Assembly (NCBI GenBank): GCA_963931545.1
Contig: OZ007025.1
Coordinates: forward strand, 137,145 to 201,144
Source of the DNA: an uncultured Bacilli bacterium
Lineage (GTDB): Bacteria; Bacillota_I; Bacilli_A; RF39; UBA660
Direction of reading: 5' to 3'
DNA length: 64,000 bases
The translations under genes were made by a program, and so were the position numbers. Below the pieces are notes generated by a model. That model made no database searches. It had not been told where the DNA came from and saw nothing but the letters and a program-made list of their open reading frames with translations. Of this stretch, positions 41,169-50,268 are shown one piece after another. The stretch's first letter is position 1. Each line of letters begins with the position of its first letter.

Positions 41169-42422
41169 TTGATGGATAAAATTAAAGTTATTGGAAAACA
41201 GACTCTAAGTGGAAAGATATATATAAGTGGTTCTAAGAATAGTGTGGTTTCATTACTTCCAGCATCTATTTTGTCTGATGAGACAGTAATTGAAAAAGTA
41301 CCACATATTTCTGATGTGGATAATTTAGAAGAAATTTTAAGGTATTTAGGAGTTAAATTTTCTTTAGAAAGTGGTACTATTCATATTGATAGTACTTCTA
41401 TGGTAAATAAACCTATACCTTTAGAATATTCTACTAAACTTAGAGCATCTTATTATTTTATGGGAGCTATGCTTTCTAAGTTTAAAAAGGTGGAAATAAG
41501 TTTTCCTGGTGGCTGTAATATAGGAGCAAGGTCTTTTGATTTTCATTTAAAAGGATTTGAAAAATTAGGGGCTAAAGTGACCATTAAAGATGATTTATAT
41601 ATAATTGAAGCTAAGGAATTAAAAGGTGCTTTTATTGATTTACCTTTTCCGAGTGTAGGAGCGACTGTCAATATAATTTTGGCCTCTTTAAAAGCTAAAG
41701 GAAAAACTATTATAAATAATGCTGCTAGTGAACCTGAAATTGGTAATTTAATTGATTTTTTAAATAGTATGGGAGCTAAAATTAAAGGTAAGGATACTAA
41801 TAGGTTAGAAATTATTGGGGTTGGTAAGTTAAGTGGTGGCTCTGTTAGAGTTATACCGGATAGAATAGAAGCTGGAACATATATTTTAGCTGGTGTTATG
41901 AATGGAGATAATTTAGAGATTTGTGATGTTAATCCTAATCATTTGACAAGTTTTTTTAAAGTATTAGATGAAATGGGATGTGATTATAAGATTGTTGGAG
42001 ATAAGGTTATTACTAATAAAGTTTCACATTTAAATTCAGTCAATATTGAAACAGATGTTTATCCTGGTTTTGCGACGGATTTACAGCAACCTATTACAAC
42101 ACTTTTATTACAATGTGATGGTGTAAGTACAGTTAAAGAGACAATTTATGAAAATAGGTTTCAAAATATTAAATATTTAAATGAAATGGGGGCACATATA
42201 GAAGTTTTAGGTAATACTATTAAAGTATATGGCCCAACTTCTTTAAAAGGTAAGTTAGTTAGAACTAGTGATTTAAGAGCAGGAGCTGCTTTAGTTTTAG
42301 CGGCTTTATCAGCTGAAGGGGAAACAACTATAACTGATATTAAACATTTACTTAGAGGTTATAGTGATTTGATTAAAAAATTAACTAATGTTGGGGCTAA
42401 AATATGGCTTGAAGATGAATAG
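41169..42422 (+). CDS. murA: UDP-N-acetylglucosamine 1-carboxyvinyltransferase
   Basis: 417 aa EPT family with the catalytic Cys loop FPGGCNIGAR. Confidence 0.9.
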   Translation: MMDKIKVIGKQTLSGKIYISGSKNSVVSLLPASILSDETVIEKVPHISDVDNLEEILRYLGVKFSLESGTIHIDSTSMVNKPIPLEYSTKLRASYYFMGAMLSKFKKVEISFPGGCNIGARSFDFHLKGFEKLGAKVTIKDDLYIIEAKELKGAFIDLPFPSVGATVNIILASLKAKGKTIINNAASEPEIGNLIDFLNSMGAKIKGKDTNRLEIIGVGKLSGGSVRVIPDRIEAGTYILAGVMNGDNLEICDVNPNHLTSFFKVLDEMGCDYKIVGDKVITNKVSHLNSVNIETDVYPGFATDLQQPITTLLLQCDGVSTVKETIYENRFQNIKYLNEMGAHIEVLGNTIKVYGPTSLKGKLVRTSDLRAGAALVLAALSAEGETTITDIKHLLRGYSDLIKKLTNVGAKIWLEDE

Positions 42423-42478
42423 TTTTTATCTATAATTAATATATTTAAGTAGAGTAATCTACTTTTTTGGAGGTAAAT

Positions 42479-43162
42479 ATGAAAAAAATATTAATTATAG
42501 GTTTAGTTTTTCTTTCTATATTTTTAATTTATTTGGTTAATATGGATAAGAAAGTTTATTATGTGGCTTTAGGAGATTCTTTAGAAAAATTTTATTTAGA
42601 AGATAGAGAGGTTTATGGCTATTCACATTATATTAAAAAATATTTGAAAGATAAGGATTTATTAGAAAGATATTCTGATGATTTTGCTAGAGTAGATATG
42701 AGAAGTACAGATATTATTAATGATATTAATAGTAATAAAAAAATTACTACTCCCAAGGGTTCATTTAATTTAAAAAATGCTTTGATTAAAGCTGATTTAG
42801 TTACAGTTAATCTTAGCTATGAAGATATTTTTAATAAATTATTTGATTCTAATATTATTTATAATGATATATATGATTATATAGATGATTTAGCTTATGA
42901 TTTGGATAGTTTATTTAAATTAATGAGAGAATATTGTAAGGAAGATATTGTTTTTGTTGGTTTTTATAATCCTTTTAAAGAAGCTAATGAAGATGTTTTA
43001 GATATATTTGAATATTTAAATAAAAAGTATAAAGATGTTTGTTTAGAGTATGATGTTATTTATGTAGATATAAGTGATATTGATACTATTACTTCTACTA
43101 GTTTAGAGAAAATAGGTAACAAAGTTATTAATAAAATGCGTAAAAATTTATTTGAGACTTGA
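42479..43162 (+). CDS. SGNH/GDSL hydrolase-like protein, membrane-anchored
   Basis: N-terminal TM then a VALGDSL block (GDS(L) motif). GGAGG ribosome-binding site before 42479. Confidence 0.5.
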   Translation: MKKILIIGLVFLSIFLIYLVNMDKKVYYVALGDSLEKFYLEDREVYGYSHYIKKYLKDKDLLERYSDDFARVDMRSTDIINDINSNKKITTPKGSFNLKNALIKADLVTVNLSYEDIFNKLFDSNIIYNDIYDYIDDLAYDLDSLFKLMREYCKEDIVFVGFYNPFKEANEDVLDIFEYLNKKYKDVCLEYDVIYVDISDIDTITSTSLEKIGNKVINKMRKNLFET

Positions 43163-43245
43163 TTTTTATTGTTTTGTTTGCTAGAATATACTTGCATTTA
43201 AATTTCTATGACTTGTTTTAGTCATGGCGGAAGGAGAAGGTAAAT

Positions 43246-43458
43246 ATGAAAAAAAATATTCATCCAGAATATATGGATACTAAAGTAACATGTGCTTGTG
43301 GTAATACTTTTACTGTAAAATCTAATAAACCTGAACTTGAAATAGAGGTTTGTGATAAATGTCATCCATTTTTTACTGGTAAACAAGGAACAGTTAAAAA
43401 AGCTGGTCAAGTTGAAAAATTTAATAAAAAATATGGATTTACTAACGAAGCTAAATAA
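43246..43458 (+). CDS. rpmE: 50S ribosomal protein L31 (Zn-ribbon type A)
   Basis: [26 protein letters not shown]...[12 protein letters not shown]. Confidence 0.9.
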   Translation: MKKNIHPEYMDTKVTCACGNTFTVKSNKPELEIEVCDKCHPFFTGKQGTVKKAGQVEKFNKKYGFTNEAK

Positions 43459-43487
43459 TTTAGCTTTTTTTAATATAAAAAAGCCTA

Positions 43488-44459
43488 TTATGGCTTTTGA
43501 ATTAAGAAATTAATTAGTTCTTCAGAATTTTTATTTTGATAAATTATTTGTTCCATTAAATTTATTATCGGAATATCTACATCTTTGTTTTTAACCAGTT
43601 CACTAACTGATTTTAGGGTATATAGTCCTTCAATAGTTGTGTTTTTAATATAGTTATTTATTTCTTCTTTTGGAGCTTTAGAACCTATTAAATAACCAAA
43701 TGAATAGTTTCTACTTTTAGGAGAAGTTGCTGTTAGTAATAAGTCACCAAATCCAGCATATGATAATACAGTTGAGCCATCGCCACCTAAGCCTTTAATT
43801 AAAGCTTTAATATCATGTAATGATTCAGTTATTAACATAGCAGAGGTTGATTCTGGCATATTTAAACCTTTTAAAATACCAGAAGCTATTGCAATAATGT
43901 TTTTAACTGAGCCACATAATTCTGTTCCAATTATGTCATAGCTTTTTCTTAATTTAAAATGGTTATTAGTTAAAGATGTTGCTATTATATCAATTGTTTC
44001 TTTGTCTTGACAAGCGAGGGTTAGACCTACTGGATAGTTATTAGCTATATCAATGGCAAATGATGGACCTGATATTATGGCTATTTTTTCAGTATTTAAA
44101 ATATTTTTAACGACATCATAGACAAACAAATTAGTGTTTTGTTCAATACCTTTGGTGGCTATACAAATAGGGGTATTTTGATAATATTTTTTAACTTTTT
44201 TAATACTATCTGATAAAAAGGCAGTTGGTATTGCGATGATGATTAATTCAGTTTTATCTAATGCTTTTTCTAAATTATTTGTTATTTTTATATTGTCATA
44301 GATTTTTATATTTGGAAGTTTTGGAGTTGATTTTTTTTCAGTTAATTCTTTTACTTCGTTTTCAAATGGAGTCCATATAGTTACTTCATTTTTATTTTCA
44401 CTTAATATCATTGATAAGGCGCATCCATATGCACCCGCACCTAATACTGTTATTTTCAC
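43488..44459 (-). CDS. gpsA: NAD(P)H-dependent glycerol-3-phosphate dehydrogenase
   Basis: Rossmann motif ITVLGAGAYGCALS and the GpsA C-terminal domain. 323 aa. Confidence 0.9.
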   Translation of the reverse strand: MKITVLGAGAYGCALSMILSENKNEVTIWTPFENEVKELTEKKSTPKLPNIKIYDNIKITNNLEKALDKTELIIIAIPTAFLSDSIKKVKKYYQNTPICIATKGIEQNTNLFVYDVVKNILNTEKIAIISGPSFAIDIANNYPVGLTLACQDKETIDIIATSLTNNHFKLRKSYDIIGTELCGSVKNIIAIASGILKGLNMPESTSAMLITESLHDIKALIKGLGGDGSTVLSYAGFGDLLLTATSPKSRNYSFGYLIGSKAPKEEINNYIKNTTIEGLYTLKSVSELVKNKDVDIPIINLMEQIIYQNKNSEELINFLIQKP

Positions 44460-44619
44460 TTCTAATCACCTAGTATAATTTTAACATTTATAGTGTTATA
44501 AGTAAATATTTAGTTATTTTGGAAAATTGTATAGCAAAAGTTTGGAAAAGTGTATAATTTGATTTTACTTCTTAATTTATAAATGTTATAATTTAAATAA
44601 TAAGAAAGGGTGGTTATTT

Positions 44620-44919
44620 ATGAAAGAAACTTTAGAAAACGTAATGCTTATGGGACTTGGTGCGATGGTTATGACTAGTGAAAAAGCTAGTGAATTAAAG
44701 GATGAATTATTGAAAAAAGGAACGGAGGCATACAATAAAGGACAAGCTATGAATGAAGAATTAAAGCATAAAATAAATGAAAAAATGAAAGAAAATGTTA
44801 CTATTAAAGTAGAAAAAGCCAATTTAACTAAAGAAGAATTAATAGATAAAATAAATGAACTTAGTGAAGAAGATAAGAAAGAAATTTTAAAGTCATTAAA
44901 GGCTAAGAAAAATGCTTAG
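44620..44919 (+). CDS. Small coiled-coil protein (phasin-like), paired with the UbiB kinase
   Basis: 99 aa, K/E-rich helical. Overlaps the start of the following ABC1 kinase gene. Confidence 0.35.
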   Translation: MKETLENVMLMGLGAMVMTSEKASELKDELLKKGTEAYNKGQAMNEELKHKINEKMKENVTIKVEKANLTKEELIDKINELSEEDKKEILKSLKAKKNA

Positions 44920-46477
44920 TGGTAAAGATAGATTATTAGAAATTGTCGGTATTATTAAGAAATATAATTTACTTAAAAATGCGACACCAGAAAATTTAAG
45001 ACTTGCAATAGAAGAAGCTGGGCCAACTTTTATTAAATTAGGTCAGATTTTGGCATCCCGAGATGATGTTATTCCGAAGGAATATTGTGATGAACTTTCT
45101 CATTTGAGAAATCAAGTTAGACCAATGCCATATGAAAATGTTTTAGAAATTTTAGATAGAGAATATAAAGGGAAAACTGATGAGATATTCACAAGTATTG
45201 AAAAAGAGCCTATTGGTTCGGCTTCAATTGCAGAGGTACATAAAGCTGTTTTAAATGATGGGACAGAAGTAGTTATTAAGATTCAAAGAGAAAATATTTA
45301 TGATTTAATGGCTATGGATGTTAAGTTACTTAAAAAAATAATTGATTTACTTAAGATAGATAAAATTTTTGATTCTGTTTTTAATTTTAATGATATTATT
45401 GATGAGATGTTTGAAACGGCTAAGGAAGAAATGAATTTCTTGATTGAAGCTTCACATACTGAAGAATTTTATGAAAAAAATAAAGATATTTTATATATTT
45501 GTTCACCTAAGGTTTATAGAGAATATACAACCAGCAAATCTTTGGTTATGGAATATATGGATGGAATTAGTATAAATGATTATAAAACATTAGATGCTTA
45601 TGGATATGATAGAGATGAAATAGGTAAAAAATTAGCGGCTAATTATATTAAGCAAGCTTTAGATGATGGATATTTCCATGCTGACCCACATATTGAAAAT
45701 TTAAAAATTAAAGATGGTAAGATTATTTATCTGGATTTTGGTATGATGGGAAGATTATCTAAAAGAGATAGAGAACTTTTAAGCAAATGTATTGTAGCTA
45801 TTTTAAAAGATGATGTGACAGAAGTTTCACATATTTTACTTGCTTTTGGTAAAGCTAGAGGTCAAATTGACCATATGGTTTTGAAAAATGATATTAAAAG
45901 AGTAATAGATAAGAATAAAAGTCAAGATATTATAGATATTGATATTAAAGATTTTATGAATGATTTTTTAGCTATGCTTTCTAACAATCATATTAGCTTA
46001 CCTAAAGATGTAACAATGCTTATGAGGGGTATTATTGTTTTAGAAGGAGTTTTAAGAACTGTTAGTCCTGAAATTAATTTGATGCAGATATTAAGTACAC
46101 ATATTAGTTCTAGTAATTACTTTGATAAAGATAAAGTTAAAAGTTTTTTAGAAAAAGGCATTGAAAATGGTAGTGATTTAGTTTATTTGCCAAATGAAAT
46201 GCTTTCATTTTTAAAAGGTGTGAATAGTGGAGAGTTAAGATTTAATATTGAACTTAATGATTCAAAACATCAAATGAGAAATTTAGAGCAGCTGGTACAT
46301 TTATGTATGGTTACTATTTTAGATGTTGCTTATATATTAGGTACTAGTTTGATTGTTATGCAAAGTAATGGAGATTTACCATTTATCTTTTATGTTTATT
46401 TAGTGTTAGGTGGTATATGTACAGTATGGATTTTTTATAAGATGTTTACGAGTAAAATAAGGAATAGGAGAAGATAA
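44912..46477 (+). CDS. ABC1/UbiB/AarF family atypical protein kinase
   Basis: Motif GPTFIKLGQILASRDDVIPKEY, a kinase-like core and C-terminal TM helices. Confidence 0.8.
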   Translation: MLSGKDRLLEIVGIIKKYNLLKNATPENLRLAIEEAGPTFIKLGQILASRDDVIPKEYCDELSHLRNQVRPMPYENVLEILDREYKGKTDEIFTSIEKEPIGSASIAEVHKAVLNDGTEVVIKIQRENIYDLMAMDVKLLKKIIDLLKIDKIFDSVFNFNDIIDEMFETAKEEMNFLIEASHTEEFYEKNKDILYICSPKVYREYTTSKSLVMEYMDGISINDYKTLDAYGYDRDEIGKKLAANYIKQALDDGYFHADPHIENLKIKDGKIIYLDFGMMGRLSKRDRELLSKCIVAILKDDVTEVSHILLAFGKARGQIDHMVLKNDIKRVIDKNKSQDIIDIDIKDFMNDFLAMLSNNHISLPKDVTMLMRGIIVLEGVLRTVSPEINLMQILSTHISSSNYFDKDKVKSFLEKGIENGSDLVYLPNEMLSFLKGVNSGELRFNIELNDSKHQMRNLEQLVHLCMVTILDVAYILGTSLIVMQSNGDLPFIFYVYLVLGGICTVWIFYKMFTSKIRNRRR

Positions 46478-46479
46478 TT

Positions 46480-47277
46480 ATGAATGAATATGAACCAAAT
46501 CCAAAATTACAGAATTTAGTTAATCAACCTAAAAAAAACAATAATAAGATACTTTTTATTTTAATTGGAGTTATTGTTTTACTTATATTTATTATTTTTA
46601 TAATGTCACTTGGTGGTAAGAAGGTTATTGAAAGAGAAGTAGAAAAGAAGCAGAGTTTAGATGAGATATCTACAGAAATTAGATATTTTATTGACATTAA
46701 TAAGTTAGATGCTTTGGATGCTTTTGGATATGATAATTTAGCTAGAGTGGCAATTAATGAAATATGTTATGGGGTTGACAACTGTAAATCTATTCAAGGA
46801 AGTGCGGTAAGGGAATATATTAGTAATATATTTGATACTGAAGTAACTTTTTCGAATATTAACTGCGAGCTTGGCGATGGTGTTATTTACACTTATGATA
46901 GTAAAAACGATAAATTTGTTTTTACTGGGGAACATGCTCATGGTGGGATAGGTACTAAACCTATTTACACTAAGGTTAATAGTATTAAAAGAAAAGGTGA
47001 TAAGATAGAACTTATTTTAAATAAACTGTATTATAATCCTGAAAGGACTGATTATATTACAACTGACCCATTTGGTGTTAATAGGGTTTATAACTCTAAA
47101 GATTATATGCATACCGTTGAAGGTGGTGAAGATGTTGATTTAACAAAATTATCAGCTAATTATGAAAATAATTTTGATGAATTAAAAAATGTTGGAACAA
47201 GATATAAATATTTATTTGTTAAAAAAGATGGTCATTATGTTTTAGAAAAATATGAGATAATTACTGAGGAAGAGTAG
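46480..47277 (+). CDS. Hypothetical membrane-anchored protein
   Basis: One N-terminal TM and no family signal. Confidence 0.5.
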   Translation: MNEYEPNPKLQNLVNQPKKNNNKILFILIGVIVLLIFIIFIMSLGGKKVIEREVEKKQSLDEISTEIRYFIDINKLDALDAFGYDNLARVAINEICYGVDNCKSIQGSAVREYISNIFDTEVTFSNINCELGDGVIYTYDSKNDKFVFTGEHAHGGIGTKPIYTKVNSIKRKGDKIELILNKLYYNPERTDYITTDPFGVNRVYNSKDYMHTVEGGEDVDLTKLSANYENNFDELKNVGTRYKYLFVKKDGHYVLEKYEIITEEE

Positions 47278-47455
47278 GCTTTTAGGGTTTACTTTTTTTG
47301 TTATGAGGGGTGATTTTTTTAACAATATATATTGAAAATGTCGTTAATTTTTGTTATCATTATTATGGCACAATATGGTATCAAAAAAGTTGCTTACTTA
47401 AGTGTGGTTTATTCATACCTTTGTGTTTGCAATTAAAAGTGGAGAGGAGGATTTT

Positions 47456-48010
47456 ATGGAAAAGAAAATTAGTTATTCAGGAGTTATTATTACGGTACTT
47501 GCTGTGGCTATATTAGTTATGTCAGTGGGGTTTGCGGTATTTAGTGCAAATATTAATTTTAATGGTACAGCTAATGTTTCTAGTACTAGGTGGAATGTAT
47601 TTTTAGATGAAAGTACTTATCAAAAAACAGAAGGTAGTGTAGAATCTGTTAGTGAGCCTACTATTAATACTAATTCAATGACTTATAGTGTTAATTTAAC
47701 TAAACCTGGTGATTTTTATGAATTTACTATTCATGTAAAAAACACTGGTTCATTTAATGCAAAATTGAAAAGCCTTACTATGACTGATATTTCTGAACAT
47801 TCTAATTACTTGAAATATACAATTACCTATGCTGGTACACCTTATACTAGCTCTAATTCTAGTTTATCTATTCCACTTAATGCTGGAACTGGTGATGAGG
47901 AAGTTAAAGTAAGAGTTGAATATGTTCAACCTTTACAGGCTACTGATTTACCTAGTGAACTTAAGGCTATTACTTTAAATGCAGCTTTTGATTATGAACA
48001 AGTAGCTTAA
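47456..48010 (+). CDS. TasA/camelysin-like protein with a SipW-cognate-type signal peptide
   Basis: GGAGAGGAGG ribosome-binding site. The signal-peptide end VMSVGFAVFSANINFNGTA resembles the G-T-[FW]-A-x-F-[ST]-D class. NLTKPGDFYEFTIHVKNTGSFNAKLK resembles the TasA NLKPGDKLTKDFQFENNGSLAIK block. Confidence 0.6.
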   Translation: MEKKISYSGVIITVLAVAILVMSVGFAVFSANINFNGTANVSSTRWNVFLDESTYQKTEGSVESVSEPTINTNSMTYSVNLTKPGDFYEFTIHVKNTGSFNAKLKSLTMTDISEHSNYLKYTITYAGTPYTSSNSSLSIPLNAGTGDEEVKVRVEYVQPLQATDLPSELKAITLNAAFDYEQVA

Positions 48011-48021
48011 GTATAGTGTTT

Positions 48022-48051
48022 TAGCTATTCTATTTTTAAATAGAATAGCTA
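48022..48051 (+). promoter_or_regulatory. Perfect 14-bp inverted repeat between the TasA-like and SipW-like genes
   Basis: TAGCTATTCTATTT-TT-AAATAGAATAGCTA with no T-run after it. It could be an attenuator or RNA-stability hairpin, or an operator. Confidence 0.5.
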
Positions 48052-48066
48052 AAGCTCATTATTCAT

Positions 48067-49194
48067 ATGGAAAAATATAAAAATTTATATATTACAGAAG
48101 TTTTAATACTTTTGATTTATATAGTTTTGAAACTTTTGTGTATGAATCAGCCTTTCTTTTTACAGTATTTTGATGCTATATATTTTTGTTTAATTTTTAT
48201 TTATTTTTATTTTAAATATGGAATAGCTAGAGATAAAAATTATTATACAAAAATAAGTGTTAGATATATAATTATATTTTTACTTTTATATGTCTTAATC
48301 ATTTATGGTTTGGGCCTTTTTATGGGGTTTACTAAAACTATATATGATAATAGTTTGGCTTTAATTTTAAAAAATGCATTACCAATTACTATTTTAGTTA
48401 TTTTTAGAGAATTAACGAGATTTATAGTTGCTTATAATAGTAAAAAAAATATGAAACCTATTATATTATTGACTATTATTTATATATTATTTGACTGTTT
48501 TAGTGGATTTGTTAGTTCTTCTTTTAATTCATTTTATAATATATTTCAGCTTGTTTGTTTAACTATATTACCTTCTATATCTAAACATATGCTTTTAAGT
48601 TATTTAACTTATAAGATTAACTGTTTTCCTTCTTTGGTATATAGTTTACCTATGGAAGTTTTAATATATGTATTACCTTTTTTCCCTAATTTAGGTGATT
48701 ATTTAACGGCTGTTATATCATTATTTTTACCTTTTTGTATATATTTGTTTATTAAAAAATTACTTAGTTATGATGAAAAGGAAGTTTTGAAGATTCATGG
48801 CTTATTTATTAAGATATTTATGATAATTACTATAACATTTTTAATTATAATAATTATACTTGTATCTGGAATTTTTAAATATAAAATGATTGCAATTGCT
48901 TCTGATTCAATGAACCCTATTTATTATAGAGGAGATGCTATTATATATGAAAAGGTTAGTTTAGATGAACTTCAGAAAAATGATATTTTAGTTTTTGAAT
49001 ATAATAATTCTGTTGTTACTCATAGGATTATTAATATTATAGAAGAAAATGGTCAAAAATATTTTCAAACTAAAGGGGATAACAACTCTAAAGCTGATTT
49101 GAATTTGGTATCTATGAACGATGTTTTAGGTAAGGTTAAATATATTGTTAAATATATTGGTTTTCCTACAGTATGGTTTAATGAAACGTTTTAA
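48067..49194 (+). CDS. SipW-type (S26B, Ser/His) signal peptidase I fused to a roughly 250-aa N-terminal polytopic membrane domain
   Basis: The C-terminal 100 aa carry SDSMNP (catalytic Ser box), VTHRIINI (His box) and TKGDNN (Asp box), typical of archaeal/eukaryotic-type SipW. Residues 1-275 form about 7 hydrophobic helices. The alternative start at ATG 48820 (MIITITFL...) would give a canonical single-TM SipW of about 124 aa, but no ribosome-binding site is evident there. Confidence 0.65.
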   Translation: MEKYKNLYITEVLILLIYIVLKLLCMNQPFFLQYFDAIYFCLIFIYFYFKYGIARDKNYYTKISVRYIIIFLLLYVLIIYGLGLFMGFTKTIYDNSLALILKNALPITILVIFRELTRFIVAYNSKKNMKPIILLTIIYILFDCFSGFVSSSFNSFYNIFQLVCLTILPSISKHMLLSYLTYKINCFPSLVYSLPMEVLIYVLPFFPNLGDYLTAVISLFLPFCIYLFIKKLLSYDEKEVLKIHGLFIKIFMIITITFLIIIIILVSGIFKYKMIAIASDSMNPIYYRGDAIIYEKVSLDELQKNDILVFEYNNSVVTHRIINIIEENGQKYFQTKGDNNSKADLNLVSMNDVLGKVKYIVKYIGFPTVWFNETF

Positions 49195-49209
49195 AAGGGG
49201 TGAGAAGCT

Positions 49210-50268
49210 ATGAAAAAAAGAAAAATTGACAAACTTATAATAGTGGCTATTATATCTGCTTTGTGTTCTTTTTTAGCTTTAAACTTAGCTAGACTTGGTT
49301 TTCGTAATTATAATGAGAGGATAATTAATTATAATGAAGATTCAAAAATTAATTATCAAGTTCATTTGAAGTCTAATGATTTTTTTCAAAATGAATTTTT
49401 GCCAGAAAATATGTCTTACGTTACTAGTTTAATTGATTATATAAAATTGAATTTTGATTATAATTTGAATTTCGATAAGGAGTTAAGTGGAACATATTCT
49501 TATTATATAAAAGCTACTATGGACGCTAATAAGGAAAATAGTGATAGTAAGTTTTATACTAAAGATTATATTTTAAGTGATGTTAAAACCGAAAAATTTG
49601 ATGATAAGAAAAAAATTAATATAAAAGAAAGTATCGATGTTGATTATGATACTTATAATGATGTTTTAATTGCTTTTAGGGACGAATATGGCGTTCAAAT
49701 GGATGGTAATTTGGATGTTAGTTTGGTTGTTGAAAGTACTTTTAATGATAAAGTTAGTGGGGAAGATGCTGGCAAGAAAAGTGAAACTAGTCTTAATATT
49801 CCTTTAACTACTTTAACTGTTGAAGTTCCTATTGAAAAGGATAATAAGGTAAATAGTGGGATTTTACTTTCGACTAAAATTACTAAAGAAGGGTTTATTT
49901 ATAATGTATTTAGAGTTTTAGCTATTATTTGTTATATAGCGGCCTTTACTTTTCTTTTATATTTTATTTATTTAACTTATTTGAGTTTTAAATTAGAAAA
50001 CGCTTATGTTAAAAAATTAAAGAAAATATTAAAGGTATATGATGGTATTATTGTAAATGTTAAGAAAAAACCTAGTATGGATAATAATAAAGTTGTTTGG
50101 GTTTCTAGTTTTGAAGAATTGATAGATGCTCACGGAGAGGTTAGAAATCCAATTAATTATATTCAAGAAAAAGATGGTGCTTTGTTTTTATTAGTTAGTG
50201 AGAGTTATATTTATGCTTATAAATTAAGAAGAGAACTTTTTGTGCGTGAGGAGAAAATCAATGTTTAA
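49210..50268 (+). CDS. DUF5305-like bitopic membrane protein (SipW-locus associated)
   Basis: N-terminal TM, a roughly 200-aa extracytoplasmic segment, a second TM (VLAIICYIAAFTFLLYFIYL) and a roughly 100-aa cytoplasmic tail. From memory, proteins with this architecture co-occur with SipW and camelysin genes. Confidence 0.4.
   Translation: MKKRKIDKLIIVAIISALCSFLALNLARLGFRNYNERIINYNEDSKINYQVHLKSNDFFQNEFLPENMSYVTSLIDYIKLNFDYNLNFDKELSGTYSYYIKATMDANKENSDSKFYTKDYILSDVKTEKFDDKKKINIKESIDVDYDTYNDVLIAFRDEYGVQMDGNLDVSLVVESTFNDKVSGEDAGKKSETSLNIPLTTLTVEVPIEKDNKVNSGILLSTKITKEGFIYNVFRVLAIICYIAAFTFLLYFIYLTYLSFKLENAYVKKLKKILKVYDGIIVNVKKKPSMDNNKVVWVSSFEELIDAHGEVRNPINYIQEKDGALFLLVSESYIYAYKLRRELFVREEKINV

Noticed and set aside
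43222-43410. 62-aa minus-strand ORF
   Set aside because: Antisense to rpmE.
44586-44822. 78-aa minus-strand ORF
   Set aside because: Antisense to the phasin-like gene.
46738-46941. 67-aa minus-strand ORF
   Set aside because: Antisense within hypothetical gene 46480-47277.
47310-47516. 68-aa plus-strand ORF upstream of and overlapping the TasA-like gene
   Set aside because: No RBS. It overlaps the promoter/leader and the real start at 47456, which has a strong RBS.
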